A stretch of DNA of 64,000 nt from Rebecca billardiae RCC1528 (lineage: Eukaryota; Protista; Haptophyta). Positions 33,368-46,100 of the stretch are shown one piece after another. How positions within the stretch are numbered: the first letter of the stretch is position 1; each line of letters begins with the position of its first letter. The notes beneath the pieces are model-generated. The model was not told the origin of the DNA. It did not search any database and saw only the letters and a list, made by a program, of their open reading frames with translations. Where the stretch lies: NCBI GenBank assembly GCA_965240325.2, contig OZ251232.1, forward strand, positions 1,364,001 to 1,428,000, in the 5' to 3' direction. A program made the translations under genes and the position numbers.

Positions 33368-35270
33368 ATGGCGGCGAACGACGCTCCTCGGCTCGAGGAC
33401 GCGCGCAGCTTCTCCGCCGACGGCGATCCGCCACTTTCCGTGGAGGCTCGGGAGCTCGCGTCGCAGCTAGAGCGCGCGGGCTCGCTCGAGCCCGTCCGCG
33501 CGCAGCTCCAACGCCTCGTCTTTGAGCAGCTCCACGAGGCGCGGGGCCCGGCCCCCGCCGCTTCTGACCGGCGCAGCACGCTGGGCAGCTCGCACGCAGA
33601 GGTTCTCGCGGCGAGCCTCGTCCTCGACTATCTCGAGCAGCATGGTCTCGAGAATACGCTGCTCGTCGCGTGCACCGAGGCGTCGTGGCCCGAGGGTGCG
33701 AGCTCAGACAAGGCCGCCACCTTCCTGCGCGCCGGTCGCGACCGCGATGCCCGCGTGCCGGCGCTTGTGGCGCTTGTGGAGCGGCACGTCGAGAGCGCGG
33801 CTGCCGTCGGGGCGGATCCGGGGCTGGGGCGTCCGGGTTATACACCGTCGACGGCAGCCGTGGCGGAGCGCACGGCTCTCGGCCTGATCAACGGCGACAG
33901 TTCCGAGCGCGCGCACGAGCGTCCTTCAGTGCTGGCACGGCCGTTGGTGCTGCAGTACTCGCACGCCGGCGGCTCGGGCGCGGACGCATCCAAGGTGAAC
34001 CAGGACGCGCATTTCGCCTTCTACCAGCCGGCCGGCGCGAGTACGCGCTCCGTCCTGGCGATGGGCGTCTTCGACGGCCACGGCGCGGAGCACGGCCACG
34101 TGGCCGCGCGCGCGGCGTGCGCGTTTGCTGAGGCGTTCCTGGGCGCGCCCGGCCGCGTGGCCGCGCTCGAGAAGGACCCGCCGGCGGTGCTGCGCGAGCT
34201 CTTCGCGAAGGCGCACGACCGCGCGGTCGAGGCGATGGCGCTGCAGCCTGACGTCGTCACCTACGGCTCGGGCGCGCGCGCCCTGCTGCTGCAGCGCGTC
34301 GTCGACGAGGGCGGCGGAACAGACGACGGCTCGGACTCGGCCGAGCCAGGCGGCAGCTACCTCGACGTGACGGACGGCGGCACGACCGCCTCCATCGTGC
34401 TGCTCGTCGGGGGCAGGTGGCTGTACACCGCCGCCGTCGGCGACTCGTCGGGCCTGCTCGTCGCCGCCGACCCGCGCGCCGGCGGCGACGCGGCCGCAGC
34501 CAAGCGGCTCGGCGTGCGCGCGCACCCGCTGTGGCGCGACCACACGCCTCTGTCTGAGGCCGAGTTCCTCCGCATGCGCGGTGCGGCGCCGCGCGCGCGC
34601 GGCGCGCCGCGCGAGCCGCCGCCGCAAGGCACCGCGCGCGCGCGTGCGCGCGGTGTGGGCTGACGCGGGGCGCCCCGCGGGCCGCGCGGCGCGCGCGCTT
34701 GCAGGCCAAGGTGCACTCTTTGTGTATGACCACCCGCGCCTCTTCGACTCGGAGGCGAACCAGCTGCCGGTGTGGCAGCTGGACAGGCTGGGCGGCCGGC
34801 CGCGCGTGGGCGGGCGGGAGGAGGCGCGAGCGCGCGCCGACGGCGTCGCGGCCAAGTCGGTGCGCGGCGAGCTCTCCACGCTGATCCTCTCACCGCCGTC
34901 GGACAAGTACTCGCAGATCGGCCTAACCGTCACGCGCTCGCTCGGGGACGTGTACATGCACTCCTTCGGCGTGAGCCCCGAGCCGGAGGTGCACGTGCGC
35001 GACCTGCTCGAGCTCGCGCCGCTCGACCCGGGCGGCACGGCCGAGGCCGTGCTCGTCGTGGCGTCGGACGGGGTGTGGGACCTGTGGGCGCACGAGGACG
35101 TGGCCCGCGCGCTGTGGGCGTGCGACTCGCGCACGTTCGCCGCCTTCTGCGAGCGCACGCGCGCGGAGGGCGTCGAGCGCTTCGGCGAGGCGAGTGACAA
35201 CCTGACGCTCATCGCCGCGCGCGTCACGGTCGCGCCAGACCTCGTCGCATCGTCGCGCCGTGGCGCGTAG
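33368..35270 (+). CDS. PP2C/PPM phosphatase with N-terminal FOP/TON1-like LisH module
   Basis: N-terminus LERAGSLEPVRAQLQRLVFEQL...LAASLVLDYLEQHGLENTL. PP2C motifs NQDA, VFDGHG, GGTTA, VGDS, VTRSLGD, ASDGVWD and DNLT. Intron 34581-34704. Confidence 0.85.
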
Positions 35271-35330
35271 AAGCTCAGCAGCATGGGCGCCGTACAAGCC
35301 GCGCTCCCATAGGCGACGATGTGCCTCGCC

Positions 35331-35493
35331 CACCGTGATCACGACTACTTTAAGTTTTTGCGAGTCGTGCTTTGAGTTGTGAGACGCTGACTCGGCTGAG
35401 CGCGACTACGATCACCGTGATCACGACTACTTTGTTTTTGCGAGTCGTACTTTGAGTTGTGAGACGCTGACTCGGCTGAGCGCGACTACGATC
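35331..35493 (+). repeat. ~82-bp tandem duplication downstream of the PP2C gene
   Basis: CACCGTGATCACGACTACTTT...CGCGACTACGATC occurs twice in tandem. Confidence 0.9.
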
Positions 35494-35814
35494 GCGAGAC
35501 TTCAAAGAGCAGCCGTCGGCGGAAGCAGATGATTGAGTACGACGGTCGAGACTTCGCGCGCTGCCTCCGACAGCCTCGGATTTGACGACCGATCAGTGGT
35601 ACGTGCTGACTGAGTGACAGCGCAGCACCTATCATGCACGTTGTCCTGAGTCACCCGATCGATTCAGTAATACTGTAACGACGATATTATATATATATAT
35701 ATATATTATTCGCTAGCAGTTATTTGATTATAATGAATAAATATATACGACGCGCTATAAATATACGCGCTTAAATTCTGCGCGCTCGCGAGCTAATAAG
35801 CTACGACTGCGGCG

Positions 35815-37354
35815 CTATGATATCATTGGCATGGCGGCGGCGCTCTCCACGTCTCGCCAGAAGGCGTGTGCCCACCTGATCGGCTTGAACGAGCTCGGCA
35901 GCAGCTCTCGCAGCGGCTGCCGCAGGAACAGCTCCAGCAGCAGCGCCGGCCCCTCGATCGGCATTCGCGAGGTGTACTCCTGCGTGCACGCAGCCGGCCG
36001 GTGGCGGGGCGGCGCTCGGCGATGGCATCAGACTCCGACGTGCACGCGTGGCGCGCGTGGCGCACAGTCAGCGCGGCGCGTGCCCCGCTCTCGGCCGCGC
36101 GCATGCACACCTGTGTGACCTCGCCCGTGCGCATGCTCCAGCGCAGGCAGCGCCGGTCGGCCGCGCCGCTGTACAGGTACCCGCCCGCCTCGCACAGCGC
36201 GAAGACGCCGTCCGTGTGCTCGCGCAGCACGCGCAGCGGCTCGAGCTCGGCAGCGGGCGCCAGGTCCCACTCGAGAATCGTCTTGTCCGACGAGGCGGAG
36301 AATAAGGAGTCCCCGACCGTGAGCAGCGCGCGCACCGCCGCGGTGTGCCGCTGCACGACGAGCATGCACTCGCCCGAGGCGAGCGACCACTGCCGGATCG
36401 TGCGGTCGAGCCCGCCTGTGAAGAGGGAGTCGCGCCAGAGCGAGCAGCAGCGCAGCGCGTCGCGGTGTCCCTGCGGCAGGCGGCAGGCGGCACGCGGCAC
36501 GCGGGTCGCGCAGGCGGCGCGTGTGTGCGCGCGCGCGCGCGCACACAGGGTGAGCGTGTGGGGCGATTGCGCCGCCGCGCGCGCAGGCCAAGCGCCCCGC
36601 TCGCGCACGCGTCTCGTGCGCCCCGTGGGTGCCCGCGCCGCGCCCCGCCCCCGCGTGTCCCAGCGCGCGCGCGCACGCTGAAGCTCTGCAAGACACTGCC
36701 ACTCGAGATGGACCACGCGCGCGCCGTCATGTCGATGGAGGCGGAGACGAGCAGGTCGCCACGGAGGTCGAAGTCCATCACGCCCGCGAGGTGCCCAGCG
36801 AACGAGCGCGTCGCCGCGACCATCGCCCCGCTCGCGCCCGGCGCCCCGTCCGCGAGCGCGTATTCAAACTCCTCGATCAAGCCGTTGGCCTTGGCGGTGT
36901 ACACGCAGCGCGCGCTCGCGACGGCGCAGTAGTACGTGCCCTGGCCGAAGCGGGCGACCTCCTCGCCCGTGTCGACGTCCCACATGCGGCACAGGTCGCC
37001 GCACGAGAAGATGAACCTGCCGCTCGGCGACGGCGCGATGCCGATGATGTCCTGCTGGTGCCCTACGAATGTGTGCACGCACGCGCCCGACTGCGTGTCC
37101 CACTTCTTGACGAGGAAGTCCCAGCAGCCCGTGTACACGTGCTCGCCGATGACCGCGACGCTCTTCACGCACGACGCGTGGCCCCATCCGAGCGACGACA
37201 CCACGTACTCAAGGGGCCACATCCGGCGCGCGGCGAGGCCAAACAGCTCGAGCAGAGCGGTGCGCGCGCGCTTGGCTGCCGAGAGGGCGAGCACTGGGCG
37301 CGCTAGCCGGTAGTAGAAGGTGACGATACTCACGAGCACACCGTACAGGCCCAT
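35815..37354 (-). CDS. WD40-repeat protein (about 7 repeats) with hydrophobic N-terminus
   Basis: GH...WD repeats (GHASCVKSV...KKWD, GHQQD...RMWD, GHLAG...RAWS, GHRDA...RQWS, RHTAA...LEWD, EHTDG...LRWS). Introns 36471-36676 and 35980-36110. Confidence 0.85.
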
Positions 37355-37546
37355 GCTGAGGAGATCGGCGTGCGTGCACCCCTCGACGATCACACGGCGA
37401 GGCGCAGCGGGAGACGCGGTGGGGCGGCGGAGCCTGCGGCCACCCTGCGGCGTAATTTTCGACCGCCCGAGTTCAGATTTCAGATTTAATTTCACGTCCG
37501 GGCGCAAGAATACGCGATTCAAAACGCACAAGCACACGCGGCAGCC

Positions 37547-39271
37547 ATGGCGGACGTGGTCTTCCGCGAGCACGTCATCCAAGCGGAGCGCCACATGGAT
37601 CAGCTTGGCGTGGTGCGCGCGCCCCGACCCGCTCTCCCTTGCATCATGCGCGTACCCCACCTCCTGACACGAATCCCCCCGCGTCGCGCCCCCAGCGCGA
37701 GCGCTTGCGCGTGGAGCAATGGCTGCACAAGCTCAAGACAGAGCCGAGGAGCATGGACGCGGCCGACTGGAGGGTGATCCGTACGCCGCCCGCGCGGCGC
37801 ACTTGGATCCGCATGAGCGCACGCCATGCCCCACGCGCGGCGTCCCACCCCGCCTAATTCGCCCCGTGCCCATCCCTGCGGACGCGCGGCGCGGCGCCGT
37901 CGACACCCGCCGCCGCCCTGATCTCCCGTCGACGTGCCACCCACGTGCGCACGCACAGGCAACCAGTACTCGGGGATGCTCGCAAACACTGTGCATGCGG
38001 TGGCAGAAGGCACGAGCCAGCTGACGCCGCCATTCGCCAGCTATCCGCCCATCGAGATGCTGCCTCCGCTGAGCGCGCTGCTCGCACGGCTCGACAGCCA
38101 GCCGCCCGTGCCCTCGGCCTCACGGAGGCTGCCCACGCCGCAGCGGCCGTACCTCGGCGCCGCCGAGCCGTCGCGGGAGCGTGCGCCGTGGCTCAGCGAC
38201 GCAGCGGCCGTCTCAGCGCCGCACGGGCGCGTCGGCGGCGTCCCCGGCGAGCGTGAGCCGCCGGGTGGCCAGCACTCGTTGATCCCACCTGTCCCGCTTG
38301 TCGCGCCGAGCTGCGCGGCCGACGCCGTGACGAGCAGTGCCGCGCGTAACGCCGGGTTGGCGCTGGCGGGCAGCATCCCGGTCTCTTGGGTGCCGCCCGC
38401 GCACCCGCCTGAGCAGCACGGCGAGCACGCGCAGCTGCGGGCGGAGGTTGTGCAGCTGCACTCGCAGCTGCACTCGACGCGCGCCGAGGTGGCCGAGGCG
38501 TGTGCACGGCTCGCGCGCATCGAGGCGCTCCTCACGAGCGCGGCGGGGAGCGCCGGGCTGCGCGCGCCAGCGGCCGTGCCGCAGGACGAGGGCGTGCCTG
38601 CGCAGCTGAGTGCGGGCGCGGCGCGCGCGGCTGCGGCGTGTGAGGCGGCGCTGCGCTCGGCGGCCCAGTCGTTCTCGCCGCTGCCGCCAGGCCAAGCTGG
38701 AGCTCCTCCCGCGAGTTGGTTCGCGCCGCCGCCGCCGCCGCCATCGGCGGCGCCTGCGCCCATGCCAACGCCAACGCCTCCCGGGCCGCAGCCGCCCGCG
38801 GGGCCGCCCTCTTGGCGGGCGCAGCCACCGCCCGCCGCGCCGCGCGCGCCTGCCGCAGGCGCACCAGCGCCAACGGGGCTCCCCAGGCGCGCCACCAGCC
38901 CGCCGGCGGGGACGCCCTCGCACGGACACGGACACCCGCTGTCGTACGACGCACTCAGGCGGCAGGCGCGGGGCGGCGCTCACGGCGGCCACGGGCGGGA
39001 GAGCCTGGGCCCGAGCGCGCGAGCGCTGGAGCCACGCTCCCCGCGCGGAAGGGCCGTCGGGTCGCCTTCTCCCAGCGGGCCCCGGACGCTTGACGCGCTC
39101 GCCGCAGCAGGCCGAGTGCTCACCAACAGCCCACACCGGCGGACCGGCGACCTCGACGCGCCCACGCCCGTTGGCCGGGCGGGGGCGGTGCTGAGCGCAG
39201 CGGGCGACTTTGAGGCGCGCGCGCAGCAGCTCCTTGCGCGCGTGAGCGCGGGCGGCCGCTTGTTCGTGTGA
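37547..39271 (+). CDS. DUF4485 (CEP112 N-terminal-like) protein with coiled coil and Pro-rich tail
   Basis: After splicing introns 37613-37695 and 37781-37958: RERLRVEQWLHKLK...IRNQYSGML...LTPPFASYPPIEMLP, matching the WLxKL / RNxY / PFxxxPP pattern of DUF4485. Confidence 0.75.
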
Positions 39272-39465
39272 TCGAACATCAATCGCGCCTAATTTGCGCC
39301 GACGGGTCATCCATGTCACGCGCAGCTGCCGCTATGGGCGGCTATGGCCCTGCTGGGCCGTGGGCAGCAGGCGCAGCAGCGGAGCCGGTCACTACTCTAC
39401 CGCCTACTATAGAGTCGTGATGATGACGACATCTCTGTTCTCTTACATCCGGATCTATATATTTA

Positions 39466-39883
39466 GAGGGGTCAGAGCCCCACTGTTGGGGGTGTGTGGC
39501 CCAAATAAATCCATCATCGTCATCAGTAGCAACTTTCTGATGTGAATGTCGTCTTGAGATGAGGCGCTCTCAATTCTCATCGTCAGCAAACTCTGCTTCG
39601 GGATGTCAATATTATATTATATATATATATATATATTCATCGCCTGATCGAAATCAGACCTGGGGTCACGCTGACAAGTTTTGCAAAAAAATGTCAGGTA
39701 CTCCGGAGATATACGACCTCAATCTCGACGCGATCTCGGCAGCGTGGCATTAGTAGCTAGGCCCGACAGTCGTAGGGGAGATACACGATCTCCAAGGTGA
39801 TCTCGCTATTTGAACCAGAATCACACCGGCTAGATCACATTTATCATTTTGGCAGTCTGAAATTGGCACAGGCGGAAATCGAC
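39466..39883 (-). mobile_element. Truncated, insertion-riddled copy of the TA-MITE at 21388-21843
   Basis: Starts TA|GAGGGGTCAGAGCCCC and is colinear with the reverse complement of ~21535-21843. Confidence 0.8.
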
Positions 39884-40244
39884 CGGCGCCGGCGGACGAC
39901 GTCGACGACGACGCGATATATCTATATATATACATTATGCTGTGACATAGCTACTGGTGTAATAACGAATTCCCCTTATAATTTTGTAACGGCCAATCCG
40001 GGTGATCACGGACCGGCCGGGCCGATCGAAGCCTCCAGCGCTTCGCCTTCAATCCGCCACTAGCCATACTGATATGCTCACTCTGACAGCTTGTGCCGCG
40101 CGCCGACTATACTCTCCGGGAGTCCGGCCGGAGCCCGTTTAGCCGTTACCATAGTAACTATCATCCATCAACAGCGAGCCCGTCATGCATTTTGGGCGAC
40201 GGAGGACCGTGAGACCGTGTCGGCAGCCGAAAAGCGAGCCGACA

Positions 40245-40362
<118 letters not shown>

Positions 40363-41151
40363 TCCCCTTTATTACGGGCTCCGGCGGTGATCAGACTCAC
40401 AGACTGGCGGCCGAAGCCTCCAGCCCCGAGGCCGAGTACCCTGGCCAACCCCCGTGCGTCTCTTATTCTTACATAGTAAATCACGCGCCTTAATAATAAC
40501 CAATTGTGTGCAAGTTAAAACATGGCCGCGCAGGGCACACGGGGACGACTACATCACCGCCGGATCGCCCGCCAGGGCCCAGCGGCTGAGACTGCCGTCT
40601 GACATCCGGACTCCTGCACCCTCACCCTCGCCCTCGCTCGGGGCACAGCAGGTCCATGTCGGAGCCGCGCAGCGCAGGTCAGGATCGCGCTCAAGCAGCT
40701 CAAGGCAGCGCTCAAGCGCCATGATTCGATCGCGGTTCAGGCTATGCTCTGCCACCAGCGCCGACTTCGTCGACGATCGGGCACTGCCGACGGCGACGAC
40801 GAATCAAGAGCCACCTGCGCCGTCCTACCTGTGTCGTTAAATCGTAGAATGAGTAAACTGTAGCAGTAGTTTCTCGCGCGTTTCTACGGCCATGCATCTA
40901 CGCCATGAATGGCCGTACGTAGAAACGCGGCATGCAACACAAACAGGCGCAGCCCATGCATGCCGTAGATGTGTTGCATGCCGCACGACATTAAATATGC
41001 GTCTGCTGCGACACGGACATCGTGCCAAGTAGGACCCTTGATTGTGCGCCGGTGCGGCCCGGTCGATCCGCGGCCGGGCCAGTCGCCCCACGGCAGTGCC
41101 GGTGGGGCGCGACCAAGTTTGCGTAACAAGTAACAACCAGTGCGCCGTCGT

Positions 41152-42723
41152 ATGATGTCGCTCCCACCACGGCGCCTCCTCCTGTCGGACCTCCCCGCGG
41201 AGATGATTGAGCGCGTCCTGATGGCGGGCATGCCACCGCATGACATCGCCAGCGCTAACGCAGCAGCGCGCCTCTTCCGCGGCGCACCCGGCGGCCGGTC
41301 GCCGGTCGAGCACGCTCTGCGTGACCGCGTGCGCAAGCTTGGGTTTGAGCGCGCCCTTCCGGCGACGCTGCCGTCCGACGCGAGCACGTGGACGGCGGAG
41401 CTCTTTCGTCGCGAGGCCTTTCTGACTCTCGCTGCCACGCACGCCCAAGTGGTGGCTGCGAGCTGTGGGACAGGGGTGTACACGCGGCGGCGGCAGCGCA
41501 TGTTCAGCGCTTTTGTGGGCGAGGACGGCGGGCTGTACACGTGCGGCGAGGACGAGCACGAGTTCGAGGGCGAGGCGGGGCTGCCTCTGATCGAAGATGT
41601 GGCAGGCGTGCCGTTCATCACGTGCACGCCGGACGCGTGCGGACATGGCCACGACGGCGACTTCAAGCCGATGCTCTCGCCGACGCGCGTGGCCTCGCTC
41701 GGTGCGGTGTGCATGCGTGCCGTGTCTTCTGGGCGCGCCCACCTGCTTGCGCTGAGCGAGAGCGGGGCTGTGTACGCGTGCGGCGACAACGGCATGGGCC
41801 AGCTTGGGACCGGCGACGACATGTCGCGGATTGAGTTTGCGCTGGTGGCGGGGCTGCCGGACACCGCTGTCATCTGCATTGCCGCTGGTGACAATCACAG
41901 CCTTGCAGTCAGTGCTGCTGGCGGTGCGTTCAGCTGGGGCTACAACAAGCAGGGCCAGCTCGGCCACGGCACCAGCGAGAATCACAAGGAGCCGCGGCGC
42001 ATCGAGGCGCTGGAAGGCTCGCGCATCGGCAGCGTCGCCGCCGGAGGTTGCCACACGCTGCTGCTTTCGACCGGTGGCGCTGTCTACTCGTGCGGGTTGG
42101 GCAACAAGGGTCAGCACGGCCACATCGGAGGGGTGAAGCGGCAGCGCACACCGAGGCGCATCGAGGCGCTCGCAGGCGTGCGCGCCGTGCACATTAGCGC
42201 GGGCATGGATCACAGCCTCGTGGTGGACGCAGCAGGCGCAGTGCACTCGTTCGGAGACGGGGTGCATGGGACCACCGGCCTCGGAGGCAACTCCATGGAT
42301 AGCAGCCGCCGGCCCATACGCATCGATGCGTTGGCAGGCGTTCGCGCTGTGCGTGCCAGCGCTGGCCCTGCAGGCAGCGCGGTGCTGGGCGCAGACGGCA
42401 GCGTGCATGCGTTCGGCGATCGCGATAGCGACCGCCTGGGGCTCGGGCGGCCGAACAGCGACAACGTCCCATTCCTCCCTAAGCGCGTGCGCGCGCTCGC
42501 ACGCGACCATGTCGTCGGCTGCTCCATCGGCCGCGAGCACTCGCTGCACGTGACGGCGGACGGCGGCGTGAAGGTGTGCGGTCGGGGATCGGGCGCGCTC
42601 GGGCTCGGCGTGAAGTGGGTGCACCCCGTCATCGACGAGAATGGTTATGAGGATTACGCTGACGAGAGTGTATTCCACCGCGCGGTGCGCATCCCGAATC
42701 TGCCGCTGCTGCGCACGGCGTAG
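41152..42723 (+). CDS. RCC1-repeat (HERC/UVR8-like) protein with N-terminal F-box-like motif
   Basis: LLSDLPAEMIERVL is F-box-like. RCC1 repeats VYACGDNGMGQLGTG, FSWGYNKQGQLGHG, VYSCGLGNKGQHGH and IAAGDNHSLA. Intronless. Confidence 0.85.
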   Translation: MMSLPPRRLLLSDLPAEMIERVLMAGMPPHDIASANAAARLFRGAPGGRSPVEHALRDRVRKLGFERALPATLPSDASTWTAELFRREAFLTLAATHAQVVAASCGTGVYTRRRQRMFSAFVGEDGGLYTCGEDEHEFEGEAGLPLIEDVAGVPFITCTPDACGHGHDGDFKPMLSPTRVASLGAVCMRAVSSGRAHLLALSESGAVYACGDNGMGQLGTGDDMSRIEFALVAGLPDTAVICIAAGDNHSLAVSAAGGAFSWGYNKQGQLGHGTSENHKEPRRIEALEGSRIGSVAAGGCHTLLLSTGGAVYSCGLGNKGQHGHIGGVKRQRTPRRIEALAGVRAVHISAGMDHSLVVDAAGAVHSFGDGVHGTTGLGGNSMDSSRRPIRIDALAGVRAVRASAGPAGSAVLGADGSVHAFGDRDSDRLGLGRPNSDNVPFLPKRVRALARDHVVGCSIGREHSLHVTADGGVKVCGRGSGALGLGVKWVHPVIDENGYEDYADESVFHRAVRIPNLPLLRTA

Positions 42724-43128
42724 TCCGACCAGAAGGCAGAAGGCAGAAGCAGGGTCACTCAGTTTGCGGCCGGATTCAGCGATGAGCGCTTACGTGACTT
42801 GTGCGGCTAGAGAACGGTCGTCACCCGACACTATGTTGATTGTCACGTCGGCGGCGGGATCCGGCGCCGCGGTGGCGCGGTCGGACGACGACTCTGCAGC
42901 AGGGACTCTCGGTTCGGCAGGGCGAGATGATATGATGAACATCGTCATCGATGATCGATGCCCGCAAGGGGGTTCAATAATCGACGGAAGCTCACCGAGC
43001 GACCGTGAGCCCGCCGGAGCACGCGGCCACAGCCTGCTCTCCAGCCGCCCTCGCCGCCGCACCGCCGGGCTCGGCCGCCAAGCCGCACGCGACAGCCTTC
43101 GCCCCCTCAGCTCCACGTGCCAATACCC

Positions 43129-46100
43129 ATGGCTCCACGCGCCCATGCTCGAGCCGTCGCCTGCCCCCTCTTCCTCACCCTCCTCGTCGCGCTCGCGCGC
43201 TCGCAATCGCTGCCGCCCGAGCACAACGACCCTTCGTGGATCGCGCAGCGCCCGGCGCCGTCGTGCACGCAGGACGCGACGAAGCCGTGGTGCTCGCGTG
43301 TGCGTAGCCCGCGCGCATCCGCGGAGCGCGCCGCGGGAGGCTGCGGCGCGGCAGGCCCGATCCGCGGCGCGTACAACACTTCGCACGCGCGCGTGCCGGG
43401 CGGGCGCGTGCTCAACGTGCACGTCGTGCCGCACACGCACGACGACGTGGGCTGGCTCAAGACGGTGGACGAGTACTACACCGGCGCCAACCAGTCGATC
43501 CAGGTCGCGGGCGTGCAGTACATCCTCGACACGGCGATCGCCGCGCTGCGCGCCGACGCGCGCCGCACGTTCATGTATGTCGAGACAGCCTTCTTTGCGC
43601 GCTGGTGGGACGAGCAGCCGGAGGGCGCGCGCGACGCGGTGCGCGAGCTCGTGGCGCGCGGGCAGCTCACGTTCGCCAACGGCGGCTGGTGCATGTCCGA
43701 CGAGGCCGCGCCGTACTACGTCGACATGGTCGAGCAGCAGACCGCGGGCCTGCGCTTCCTCGCGCGCGAGCTGGGAGTAGTTCCGCGCGTCGGTTGGCAG
43801 GTGGACCCGTTCGGGCACTCGGCGTTCATGGGCACGGCGTACGCGCTGATGGGGATGCGCGCGTACGGCTTCGGGCGCATCGACTACCAGGACCGCGCGA
43901 AGCGCGAGGCGCTGCGCACGCTCGAGCTCGTCTCGCACGGCAGCCCGTCGCTCGGGCCGCAGTCTGCGGTGCTCGCGGCCGTGATGCGCGGCTACGGTCC
44001 GCCGCCGGGCTTCAACTGGGAGTGGTTCAGCGGGGCGGACGAGCCGGTGCAGGACGACCCGACGCTGCAGGGGTACAACGTGCGCGAGCGCGTCGACGAC
44101 TTCGTCGCCGCCGCCCTCGAGCAGGCGGAGCACTACACGCACTGCGAGGACGGCGAGTGCGACATCATGTTCACAATGGGCTCCGACTTTCACTACGGCA
44201 ATGCGCATGTGTGGTTCAAGCAGCTGGACAAGCTGCTGCACCACGTCGCGGCGGACGGCCGCGTGAACGCGTTCTACTCGTCCGCGCAGGCGTACTTCGG
44301 CGCCAAGGCCGACTCCGCGCACGCGTGGACCACCAAGGCCGACGACTGGTTCCCCTACTGCGACGGCACCGCCGAATACGACGCTCCGACCGGGCGCGTG
44401 CTCGACCGCGGCGGCCATGCGTTTTGGACCGGCTACTTCAGCTCGAGGCCCGCGCTGAAGCGGTACGTGCGCCGCGCGTCGGCGCTGCTGCAGGCGTGCC
44501 GTCACCTCGAGCTCCTCGTGCCGCGCGCCGCTGACGCCGCCGACGCCGCCGACGCCGACGCGCCCAGCTCGGTGCGGCTGTGGCTCGCTCTCTCAGTCGC
44601 ACAGCACCACGACGCTGTCAGTGGCACGGCCAAGCAGCACGTGACGGATGACTACGCGCGCAGGCTGGCGGCGGGCGCGGCGGAGTGCAACGCGCTGATC
44701 TCGGAGGCGCTGCGCGCGCTCGTCGGCGCCGAGCAGCCCGACGCCCCGCGCCGCGCGCACGCAGACCTCGCCTTCGCCGAGTGCGCGCTCAACGAGACAG
44801 CCTGCGAGCGCACGACGGCGCTGCCGCGCACGCGCCGCACCGTGCGCGTGGTCGCGCACAACGCGCTCGCGCAGCCGCGGAGCGAGTACGCGCGCGTGCC
44901 CGTGCCGGCGGGCAGCACCGTGCGCGTGCGCGAGCGCGCCGCGCCCGGCTCGGCCGAGCCGCACGGCCCGTGGCGCGACGTCGACGTGCTGCCGGCGCCG
45001 AGCGCGCTGGCCGCTGAGCGCGGCGCCGGCGCCGGCGCCGGCGACGGCTCGGCCGCGCCGGCGGTCGAGCTGGCGACGCTGCACGTGCGCGAGGTGCCGC
45101 CGCTCGGGCTGCGCGAGCTCGAGCTCGAGATCTCGCCGGCGGGGCCCGGCGCGCCTCGCGCCGCGCCGCCCGCGCACGACGCGCCCGCCGCGCCGCCGCT
45201 GCTGATCGAGTCCGCCTCGGCAGCCGTTCACTTTGAGAAGACCGGTGCCGGGCGCGTGCGCGTGAGCCGACTCGTGAGCAAGACACACGGTGTCTCCGCC
45301 GCGTTCGACGCGTGGGTGGGGTACTACCCCGCGGCGACCGACGCGCCGGGCGGGTGCGCCGACGGCGACGCGCGCTGCCGCCGCGGCCAGGCCTCGGGCG
45401 CGTACATCTTCCGCCCGAACTGCACGGAGGGCCCGGCGCCGCCGTGCGCGCCCGTCCGCCTATCGCCAGAGGGAGCGCGCGCCGTGTTCGTGCGCGCGCG
45501 CGGCGCGTGCGAGGAGGCGCACCTCGCGTTCGGCGGCGAGGCGGCGGAGGGCGGCGCGTGGGCGACGCTCGTGCTGCGCGTGTGCGACGGCGACGCCGCG
45601 CTCGGCGTGCACTGGGACGTCGGCCCCATCCCGATCGCCGACGGCGTCGGCAAGGAGGTGGTCGTCCGCTTCGACACTGACCTCGAGTCTGCCAGGGCTG
45701 TGGCCACCGACTCCAACGGCCGGGACATGCTGCGGCGCACGCGCGACGCGCGGCCGACGTGGGCGCTGAACATGACCGACCCGGTCTCGTCCAACTACTA
45801 CCCGGTCACCGCGCTCATCGCGCTCGAGGACGCACGGCCCCCGCGCCGCGCGTCGCCCCGGCGCCACCTCGCAGTCCACGTTGATCGGGCACAAGGCGGC
45901 GGCTCGCTGGCCGATGGCTCCGTCGAGCTGATGGTGCACCGCAGGCTGCTCGTCGACGACAACCGCGGCGTGGCCGAGGCGCTGAACGAGACGCAGTGCG
46001 GCTGCACGCGCTGCGCGTGCGCCGGGCTGCGCGTCGTCGGCGAGCACGTCCTCGAGCTCGCGCGCGCGCGCGGCGGCGCCGCGCCCGACGCCGCGCCCGC

